Part shown: positions 46,405 through 53,645 of the stretch, in pieces | Numbering within the stretch: the first letter of the stretch is position 1 | How the letters are laid out: the number at the start of each line of letters is the position of its first letter | From: Clostridia bacterium | Lineage (GTDB): Bacteria; Bacillota; Clostridia; Oscillospirales; CAG-272 | Direction: 5' to 3' | Assembly (NCBI GenBank): GCA_017467815.1 | Contig: JAFUKI010000057.1 | Coordinates: 4,533-68,532 of the forward strand | Length of the DNA: 64,000 nt | Program-made: the position numbers and the translations under genes | Notes under the pieces: model-generated | Told to the model about the DNA's origin: nothing | Database searches by the model: none | Seen by the model: only the letters and a program-made list of their open reading frames with translations

Positions 46405-47445
46405 CTAAAGTTAACACCGCACAAAACACCCAACCATGCGAATTTCCAGTTTGATAAAGTTGAAAAATGCCTATATTTCTCCTACATCTCACAGACTAGT
46501 TGAAATTATCCGTCTCTCCTATTTGACCGAAAATACCACCCTGTTTTTCCATCGTTCCGCATACTAGTAGAAATTTAAGCGACATCGTTATGAAATTTTC
46601 TGTTTCTTTTTTGTTGCCATCAGAATTTCCAGATCTGCCATGATCTTTTTTCTGAAAAGCCTGTTTTTGACCCGATTTTAAGCCGTTTCAGAAAAAATTA
46701 TGCCTTTATACTGAATTTTAACTTGCCAGTATAAAAACGGCAAGGGGTCTTTTTTATCACTTTGCAGAACGGTCTTAAGTTAACGAAAAAAGTTGGGTAT
46801 ACGGCAAGAAGTATTTAATATTTTTTTGTGGGTTTTAGTCCGAAAAATTTTAGGTGCGCCATTTTTTCGCGGTTTTTACGGCTGAAAACGTGCTTTTTTC
46901 AGAAAATATATGTAGCATCTCAAACAAATATCCCATCTGATTTTGCGGGAAATCGAATCGATACCGTGATTTTTTCGCAAAAAACGCAGATAATCGTCCG
47001 AAACTCTCTTAAGTTAACGCACATCATCTCAAGCCGTTTCTAACACTATTTCCATGTTAATCGGAAACCGCCCATTTATCTTACACATTACGTTGACTAG
47101 TTGTAATTCTACACATTAATGTGAAATAACCGCCGTTTACACACTCGCTGAAAAATCGGCTTATTTTTTCCACATTATGCCGACTAGTGAAATATCTGCA
47201 CTCATACAGTTTACAAGTATCTATCTGCCGAGATTTTTCGTATCGTGTCTTTTTGATCGGATAGCCGCTTAAGTCAACACAAATTTGACAGGATGATTTT
47301 TGGAAACCATCCGCGAAAAAAATAACTTACTACATCAAGCCGACTAGTTGAGAATCCCAAAGGCGTGTTCTACCGTTCATTTTGGCGTTGGCATGATATT
47401 TATGCAAAATTTTTGCTACGTCCGCCCGACTAGTTGAAAATTACG
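46405..47445 (+). repeat. Diverged tandem array, unit ~86-87 bp, with conserved cores GACTAGTTGAAA / CTTAAGTTAAC
   Basis: The core anchor 'AGT' falls at 46409, 46458, 46498, 46566, 46778, 46837, 47012, 47099, 47186, 47272, 47346 and 47432. The last six are spaced 87, 87, 86, 74 and 86 bp apart. Each core is preceded by a T-run and a (C)TACAT..GCC block. Neighbouring units share ordered blocks (CCGTTT, ACAC, AATCGG, CACATTA; GGAAACC..CTTAC). There is no ORF in any frame. Confidence 0.7.
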
Positions 47446-47459
47446 CCTATATACCACAA

Positions 47460-47503
47460 GCGCGGGTTTGCTTCAATGGCAAACCCGCGCCTGTGTCTTT
47501 TTT
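47460..47503 (+). terminator. Strong hairpin terminator (usable on both strands) closing the repeat array
   Basis: A 12-bp perfect stem, GCGCGGGTTTGC (47460-47471) / GCAAACCCGCGC (47479-47490), with a 7-nt loop, followed by CTGTGTCTTTTTT. On the minus strand it lies just after the stop of ORF 47502..47711. Confidence 0.7.
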
Positions 47504-47711
47504 ACGACGGTACGCGGTAGACGAATCCCGCAAATGATTTCGTACGCAGATTCCGCTTGTCACTTCGATTCGGGCGAATCGGTCCAAGGTATGTGGCGAT
47601 ATCGTGCATCAGCAGTTCGCCGTCCGCGTTATCATCACGGTAAAACTGCTTGCAAAGCTCAATCGCCATTTTCAGATTTACCTTGTACTCATAGGTATTT
47701 TCTTCTTTCAT
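47502..47711 (-). CDS. Hypothetical 69-aa protein
   Basis: This is the only ORF longer than 60 codons in the 46.1-48.6 kb stretch that ends right at a terminator hairpin. Sequence: MKEENTYEYKVNLKMAIELCKQFYRDDNADGELLMHDIATYLGPIRPNRSDKRNLRTKSFAGFVYRVPS. The Shine-Dalgarno is weak (GGGG) and I recognise no family. Confidence 0.3.
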   Translation of the reverse strand: MKEENTYEYKVNLKMAIELCKQFYRDDNADGELLMHDIATYLGPIRPNRSDKRNLRTKSFAGFVYRVPS

Positions 47712-47788
47712 TTGACTAACCCCATTTTACAGATTAGCACCGCAGATAAAACAAAAAGAGAAACAAAACCCGAATATCGCGGGTAATT

Positions 47789-47943
47789 GTCTCTCCAGTC
47801 TCGCTTTTCTCTCTAAATCTCTCTGATCTGTTATGTCTGTGTCAGTCTCTCAAAATATATATCTGTAAAATGGAATTAAATCTGTCTCAAATAATGGGGG
47901 AGTCTCTCTATTCTCGAAAATCTCTCTTGTCTAGTCTGTCTCT
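47789..47943. repeat. CT-rich region with at least 8 copies of (G/A)TCTC(T/G)C
   Basis: GTCTCTC at 47789, 47845, 47902 and 47937. Variants at 47798, 47817, 47884 and 47920. The longer form TGTCTCTCAAAA occurs at 47843-47856 and 47935-47950. Confidence 0.6.
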
Positions 47944-48261
47944 CAAAAATCAGTTTATCTGCTGTGCTTGATATTATTATATGCGATTTGAGCTGAAAAT
48001 GCAAGTAACATTTTCTGAATTTTGGTTAACGGAATTGTGAACCCGCGGCATGGCAAAAGCCGCAAATCTTGCGATTGGCGGCTTAAGTTAATGACATTAC
48101 CGCAACGCTTCTGCGCTTTTTGCCACTATTTTTCATTATTTTCAAAGATAACTGTAAACGCCTCGTGTCTTTTCGAGAACTGTAGAAATGTTCTCTGTAG
48201 TCCTCTTTTTATTTCGGGAAATGCAGCGAAAGCAAAAATACGGACAATTGATCCTTTGCTA

Positions 48262-48290
48262 TTGAAAGACCAAACGAAATATGCTATACT
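48262..48290 (+). promoter_or_regulatory. Candidate sigma-A promoter TTGAAA-17-TATACT
   Basis: TTGAAA at 48262-48267, a 17-nt spacer, TATACT at 48285-48290. Lies ~385 nt upstream of the GH78-like gene. Confidence 0.55.
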
Positions 48291-48679
48291 ATAAGAGTAC
48301 AATAATTACAAAGCAATTACTACGTTCCGCTGCAAGCGTAGGACGAACATGAACATAAATGAAGTAAATGAAGATATTTACGGAAGCAGTAAAGCGGACT
48401 TTATCTCGATAGATTACATATTTCTCTCCGTAAACAGGGGAAAGTATTGATCGGCTTCCATTGTTGCAATGCACAAGCTTGATTGCTTATGATCTTGACA
48501 GATCGCTTCCCTCAACTTACCGATCTTTTTTGTCCGTCTTTCACAATGCATTTTAGCAGATGCGAATTGCCAAAAACGCCGTATTGGTGGGGTCTGAACT
48601 TAAATGACCGGCTTCTTTTAAGAATATCTTACAGCTTTCAAATGCCCCCTTGACAAAACCTAATAGGAGAAATAAATAT

Positions 48680-50893
48680 ATGGAAAGATCTTATTTTTTC
48701 AAGAACGCTGTATGGGTCGGGAAAGCCGAGAGAACAGCAAAGACATTTTCCGTTCTTCGTGGACGCTTCCATGTCAACTCGATCCAAAAAGTGACGCTTA
48801 ATGTTTTGGGACTTGGCTTTTTCAAGTGTTACATAAACGGCAGATGTATCAACCCCGATACATTTTTGCCGCTTTCATCGGATTTTGAGGCTACCTGCGA
48901 CCCGATAGACGAGGTGATCTCAGGACACAGAGTATACGTCCCGAGTTTTGATATAACCAGATTCGTCACGCCGGGCAAAAATGTTATTGCCATTCACTTC
49001 GGCGGCGGATGGTACACGCACAGCGCCCGTGTATTCGGGCTTCCGAAGGCGATTTACTGCATTTTCGCCGAAGATGTCGATGGTGGTGTACACCACTTTG
49101 TTTCAGATCAAAACTGCCGCATAGGTGACGGGTATGTTTCAGACTATGAGTTTGTAAAATACGAGAGCCACGACTATGATCTTCCCAATGACTGCCTCGG
49201 CGTAGATTTCGATGACAGTGCTTGGGAAAACGCCTCTCTCACCGAGGCACTTGATACCGATTATTTTTCTACCGATTGTCCCGTCGACGCGCTTATCCGC
49301 GAGCTTTCCGTAAAGGTGGTCGGAAAGAGTGGAGACCGCACAGTTTACGACTGCGGAGAAAATACCACAGGATATCCCGTTCTTATGCTGAAAGCAAAGC
49401 GCGGCGAAACGGTAAGCGTCCGCTTTTCCGAGGAGCTGCTCCCCGACGGAGATCTTGACCCCAAACATATCCAAGGACAGAATTATTCGGTACTCTCAGA
49501 CGGTACCGAACGCACTGTTCAACCGGAATTTACCTGGTACTGCTTCAGATATTTCGAAGTGACTGGGGATGCTGTCCCCAAATGTGTTAAGGTGATACAC
49601 GCCGACATTGCACCATCGTCTACCTTTGAATGCGATAACGAAACGCTGAACTGGACGTACAATACCTTTATACACACCATGCTCTGCAACATGCACACAG
49701 GACATCCTTCGGATTGCCCGCATCTTGAACGCCGCGGTTATACCGGTGACGGTCAGCTCACCTGCCACGCCACGTTATCCGTGCTTGACGCCAGGAAATT
49801 TTATGAAAAATGGTTGTACGACATCGCTGACTGTCAGGATACTGTCAGCGGTCATATCCAGTACACAGCTCCATATGTAAGAAGCGGCGGAGGTCCCGGC
49901 GGATGGGGATGCGCTATCGTTGAAGTTCCGTATCAGCTTTATAAGCATTATGGAGATATCGACATACTTTCAAAATACTACGGCAATATGTGCCGTTACA
50001 TCGACTATCTTGAGGCTCATTCGGAGTTCGGACTCGTCACAAGCGATAAGGAGGGGGAATGGTGTCTCGGAGATTGGTGCGGTCCAAATATACTTTATCC
50101 GGAAAAGGACATCACCTCTCATAATCAGCAGATCATTATTCCCGCACCATATGTAAACACCTACTTTATGGTGAAATCACTTGAGACCATGCGGAAGATC
50201 GCGATCATAATGGGCAAGGACGAAGACATAGCCAAATATGACGAAAAGATCAAATTACGCAAGCGCGCTATTCAAGCCGCTTATTTCAACACCCTTGACG
50301 GAAACTTTGTTATGAATGCTCAGGGTGCTAATTCTTTTGCCGTTGACCTTGGACTTGGGAATAAGACTACCTATGCCAATATGGTAAATTACTATAGGAA
50401 GCTTGGGTATTTCGACACAGGTATCTTTGCCACCGACGTGCTCATGCGTACGCTGTTCGAACACGGCAACGCGGAACTCGCAGTAGACATTCTCACCAAC
50501 AACGGCAGTCAGGGATACGAGCATTGGAGACAGAACGGAGCAACTACCTTCCACGAGTACTGGGACAGTAACAGAAGCCGCTCTCACTGCCACCCGATGT
50601 TCGGAGCACCCGTAGCGTACTTTTTTGAATATCTCTTAGGCATAAAACAGACAGAAGCGTCCTGCGGATATTCCGAACTGGTCATAAGCCCCCAAGCTAT
50701 ATCGAAATTTAACAGAATGTCGGGAAGCATGGATACTCCCAAGGGTACCGTTTCGGTAAGCTATGAAAGAACGGGCGGAGAAGTGAGATTCAATATTTCC
50801 GTTCCCGCAGGCTGCAAGGCGGACTTCCGTATCCCATCATATGTGCGTACTCTTAACGAAGGAGAGAACGAATTTTTCATCTCTGAGCAATAA
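48680..50893 (+). CDS. Glycoside hydrolase family 78-like protein (alpha-L-rhamnosidase family)
   Basis: ATG 48680 after AGGAGA. The N-terminal FFKNAVWVG...LGLGFFKCYINGRCIN resembles the rhamnosidase N-domain. HTGHPSDCPHLERRGYTGDGQ matches the DCPxRER(L/R)G(W/Y)TGD signature of the six-hairpin catalytic domain. Confidence 0.8.
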   Translation: MERSYFFKNAVWVGKAERTAKTFSVLRGRFHVNSIQKVTLNVLGLGFFKCYINGRCINPDTFLPLSSDFEATCDPIDEVISGHRVYVPSFDITRFVTPGKNVIAIHFGGGWYTHSARVFGLPKAIYCIFAEDVDGGVHHFVSDQNCRIGDGYVSDYEFVKYESHDYDLPNDCLGVDFDDSAWENASLTEALDTDYFSTDCPVDALIRELSVKVVGKSGDRTVYDCGENTTGYPVLMLKAKRGETVSVRFSEELLPDGDLDPKHIQGQNYSVLSDGTERTVQPEFTWYCFRYFEVTGDAVPKCVKVIHADIAPSSTFECDNETLNWTYNTFIHTMLCNMHTGHPSDCPHLERRGYTGDGQLTCHATLSVLDARKFYEKWLYDIADCQDTVSGHIQYTAPYVRSGGGPGGWGCAIVEVPYQLYKHYGDIDILSKYYGNMCRYIDYLEAHSEFGLVTSDKEGEWCLGDWCGPNILYPEKDITSHNQQIIIPAPYVNTYFMVKSLETMRKIAIIMGKDEDIAKYDEKIKLRKRAIQAAYFNTLDGNFVMNAQGANSFAVDLGLGNKTTYANMVNYYRKLGYFDTGIFATDVLMRTLFEHGNAELAVDILTNNGSQGYEHWRQNGATTFHEYWDSNRSRSHCHPMFGAPVAYFFEYLLGIKQTEASCGYSELVISPQAISKFNRMSGSMDTPKGTVSVSYERTGGEVRFNISVPAGCKADFRIPSYVRTLNEGENEFFISEQ

Positions 50894-50942
50894 AGACCGC
50901 ACAGCACTTCAATGTATCTATTTTGCCATACAACACAAGGAA

Positions 50943-50977
50943 AGCCTCAGGATCTCAGTGATCCCGAGGCTTTTTTC
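50943..50977 (+). terminator. Rho-independent terminator of the GH78-like gene
   Basis: AGCCTCAGGATC-tcagt-GATCCCGAGGCT (one mismatch), followed by TTTTTT. Confidence 0.75.
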
Positions 50978-51203
50978 TTGTTCTTCACTTTCGAATGTAT
51001 TCGGAAGTCGTGGAATGAAATAGGTATGATTCGGATAAATTTCGGCGGCGAAATGTGCGGCGAGAGTGGGGAGAAAACAGGGGATAAAAAAGCCAAAGAA
51101 TCGCGCTCTGCCCAGTTTAGGGGCAATCTGCCGCCTCTACAAATAATGGATCACAGGCAATTCCAAGCTCTGAAAACATAGTGACTATATGTTCACATCA
51201 TAT

Positions 51204-51866
51204 TCAGTTCTGGACGACCATCTCAGGCAAATTCATTTCCGCAAGGAATTTACCGTAGATCTCATCTTCTGCATTCTGCCGTGCCTTAACAGCGTCGTCA
51301 TAATTACTGTAAGTACCCAAATACAGAAGTTTGCCCTGAAATCTCAAGCGAACATACCACTTGTTTTGCTTCTTATGCCAATATACGCCGCGTGTGCCGC
51401 TGGTGTTGGCAGCAGTCGGTTTCATGTCCTGTATCTTGGATAGCTGTGTACCGCCGACAAAACCGGCTGACTGGGTCATGGTCTTCACATTGCTGTTCCG
51501 CAGGCAGTTTATGCACATTCTTTCCTTCTCATCATTGAGTGAACTGCTTATACGGTATACTATCTCTCCGCACTCACATCTGCATTCCCACACCGGGAAC
51601 AGCATACTGCCGCGCTTAAGCTTTTCCTCTGTCCGTCTCAGCACTGTAAGTTTACCGAAAACTTTACCTGTTAAATCGGGGGATCTAACACAGCCGCAGC
51701 TTATTACGTGACCGTTCTTCAGATTGCCGGTAGTGACGCTGTGTGTATTTCCGCAATCACAGAGACAATTCCAACGCCGGTGTCCGCTTCCGTCAGATGG
51801 CAATAAATCCTTTACAACAAGTTTCCCAAACCGCTGTCCGGTTAAATCTTCATACTTCTTTGTCAC
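51204..51866 (-). CDS. AP2-domain DNA-binding protein with two N-terminal Cys4 modules
   Basis: 220 aa. Two repeats of LTG(Q/K)xFGKLxV...WxCxC(D/E)CG...C(G/x)C. The C-terminal GVYWHKKQNKWYVRLRFQGKLLYLGTYSNYDDAVKAR is an AP2/integrase-DNA-binding-type fold signature. Confidence 0.75.
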   Translation of the reverse strand: MTKKYEDLTGQRFGKLVVKDLLPSDGSGHRRWNCLCDCGNTHSVTTGNLKNGHVISCGCVRSPDLTGKVFGKLTVLRRTEEKLKRGSMLFPVWECRCECGEIVYRISSSLNDEKERMCINCLRNSNVKTMTQSAGFVGGTQLSKIQDMKPTAANTSGTRGVYWHKKQNKWYVRLRFQGKLLYLGTYSNYDDAVKARQNAEDEIYGKFLAEMNLPEMVVQN

Positions 51867-51929
51867 TTTGCTTCACCTTTGTATCATTTATACACAAGTT
51901 TTACTGACGCGCTTCTGCGTAAATGCAAT

Positions 51930-51967
51930 AAAAGTCCTTCCATGAAAACTGTCATAGAAGGACTTTT
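51930..51967 (-). terminator. Hairpin terminator downstream of the cohesin/SLH gene
   Basis: An 11-bp perfect stem, AAAAGTCCTTC (51930-51940) / GAAGGACTTTT (51957-51967). On the minus strand the stem ends in UUUU, followed by AUUGCAUUU. Confidence 0.55.
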
Positions 51968-52029
51968 ATGTATGTCCATCTATATGGACTTTTTCATAGT
52001 ATCACAGTGTATAAGTTCAGGAATGGTAA

Positions 52030-53604
52030 TCAGCCCAGTACATTCAGAGCACAATTATAGATCATAATGGCAACCTGAGCACGGGATGCGGGGCTCTGAG
52101 GATCGATAGCCGTGCCGGGAACATAAATCTTTTCAGCAATCGCCCATTCCATTGCTTCAACTGCCCAGTCAGCAACTTCAGCGCCATCCTTGTATTCATC
52201 AAGATCTGCACCGTTTTCTACAGTGTATCCTGCAAATTCAGTATAGCGGGCAATGATGGTTACAGCCTGTTCGATGGTGATCTCATCTTCTACGCCGAAT
52301 GTGTCATCGCCGTATCCGAGAACAATACCGTTTTCAGCAGCCCATTCTACGTAAGCAGAATAGTATTCACCGGTCTTGACATCCTTAAAGCTGGTGTCCG
52401 TGTAGAGAGATGTATTTACATTGTGCAGTCTGCCGAGAATGGTAACGAACATACCACGGGTGATGGTCATGTCGGGACCGAACTTGGTATCGGAAATACC
52501 ATTCATGATACCCTTCTTGTACAGGTATTCAACTGCTTCATAGCAGCTGTCGGTGGGTTTGATATCTGTGAAGGGAATCGCTGCGTTCTTCTTAAAGGTT
52601 ACATCAATGGTCTTATCGGAACGTACATTGGTGAATGTGTATTCTTCCACAGCTCCGATTTCCTTGCCATCTACCATAACGGAAGCGATTTCGTAACCGT
52701 CATCCGCCTTAATGGTATAAGTCAGAGAACCATTGTATTTTACCTGAGTTTTTCCTTCGGGTGTAATTGTACCGCCTTCACCGGCAGTTGCGGTGATGGT
52801 GTACTTCTGGCTGTGCATCATCATGATCCACATGAACCACTGTTCGAAATCAAACTGGTTATCGTTCTTGGGAATTACCTGACCTTCGTCAATCATGGTA
52901 CCGCAATCAGAACAATATACATCACCGGTATAGCCGTCTTCTTTGGAGGTAGCATCCTTATGACCGCGAACTTCCAGTTCACCTACGTGGTTGGTAGGGT
53001 CTACGTCGCCATATGCAAATGTTTCAGAGGATACAACACCACAATCTTCGTTTGCACAAACCTTGTAGTAAACCGCGGGGGAGATACAGGTTGCAGCAGA
53101 CTTCAGATACTTTGCATCAACAACTTCTGCATATGCAGAGTGTGTGCAGGGAACCGTTACGGAACCGGAAGTTACGGAAGCAGAGAATGTATCGTCTTTT
53201 GTTCCGATCTTATCCATCACAACGGTAACGTCAAACTCCCCACTTGCCCCATCAACAACTTCGAAAATAGCTGTTACCAGAACACCGTCATCAGTAACAA
53301 GATCTGTACCAGCATATGTAACTTTACCGGTTTCAGTATTGGCTACGAACACTCCATCGTCAGACAATTCACCTGCTTCAACACGTACAAGTTTTAAATC
53401 GCCCGGATAAGAAATGGAAAAACCATATGCAGTGAAACCGGAATTACCTTTCAGTGAAATGCTTACAGCAGCTTCACCACTAACTGCAGTAGTATTGGAC
53501 ACAATTACCTCGGTACCAACACCCGCTGCAAACACTGTCATTGCCATGCTGTTTATAAACAGCATGACAACCAACAGAATACTCAAAAGTTTTTTCATAA
53601 TCAA
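52030..53604 (-). CDS. Cell-wall-anchored cohesin protein (signal peptide, cohesin, Cys-rich segment, B-repeat-like module, three SLH repeats)
   Basis: Signal peptide MIMKKLLSILLVVMLFINSMAMTVFA. The cohesin-like beta-sandwich pattern is VIVSNTTAVSGEAAVSISLKGNSGFTAYGFSISYPGDLKLVRVEAGEL...DGVLVTAIFEVVDGASGEFDVTV. The C-terminal PFTDIKPTDSCYEAVEYLYKKGIMNG..., FKDVKTGEYYSAYVEWAAENGIVLG... are SLH repeats. Confidence 0.85.
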   Translation of the reverse strand: MIMKKLLSILLVVMLFINSMAMTVFAAGVGTEVIVSNTTAVSGEAAVSISLKGNSGFTAYGFSISYPGDLKLVRVEAGELSDDGVFVANTETGKVTYAGTDLVTDDGVLVTAIFEVVDGASGEFDVTVVMDKIGTKDDTFSASVTSGSVTVPCTHSAYAEVVDAKYLKSAATCISPAVYYKVCANEDCGVVSSETFAYGDVDPTNHVGELEVRGHKDATSKEDGYTGDVYCSDCGTMIDEGQVIPKNDNQFDFEQWFMWIMMMHSQKYTITATAGEGGTITPEGKTQVKYNGSLTYTIKADDGYEIASVMVDGKEIGAVEEYTFTNVRSDKTIDVTFKKNAAIPFTDIKPTDSCYEAVEYLYKKGIMNGISDTKFGPDMTITRGMFVTILGRLHNVNTSLYTDTSFKDVKTGEYYSAYVEWAAENGIVLGYGDDTFGVEDEITIEQAVTIIARYTEFAGYTVENGADLDEYKDGAEVADWAVEAMEWAIAEKIYVPGTAIDPQSPASRAQVAIMIYNCALNVLG

Positions 53605-53645
53605 TTCTCCTTATTTTTGATATAATTTTGATATATCTAAGAATT

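Noticed and set aside
46405-47445. Interpreting the ~87-bp array as a CRISPR array.
   Set aside because: The repeats are only ~60-70% identical to each other and come in two core variants. The 'spacers' are themselves homologous between units. The period (86-87 bp) exceeds normal repeat+spacer sizes, and there are no cas genes in the window.
46405-47445. Interpreting the array as decayed tandem tRNA(-Leu) pseudogenes or stacked att-site remnants. The unit length matches the 86-nt tRNA-Leu, and there are AAGCCGTTTC / TCAAGCC and CTTAAG strings reminiscent of the T-arm and anticodon loop.
   Set aside because: The similarities are limited to 7-10 nt. Spacing between the look-alike motifs does not match tRNA geometry. 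None of the units folds into acceptor, anticodon or T stems when checked by hand. I kept it only as a remote possibility.
46405-47503. Interpreting the array as a type III toxin-antitoxin (ToxI-like) RNA repeat followed by a terminator and a toxin gene.
   Set aside because: Type III antitoxin repeats are short (about 34-45 nt) and near-identical. No plus-strand ORF follows the terminator. The only candidate, 47468..47719 +, starts inside the hairpin and is antisense to the 69-codon ORF.
47722-47967. A second invertible promoter switch formed by the 13-bp and 14-bp inverted repeats upstream of the 69-codon ORF.
   Set aside because: I could not find a convincing -35/-10 pair on either strand inside the enclosed segments. 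The two inverted-repeat pairs interleave rather than nest, and no recombinase gene is adjacent. I reported it as a regulatory or repeat oddity instead.
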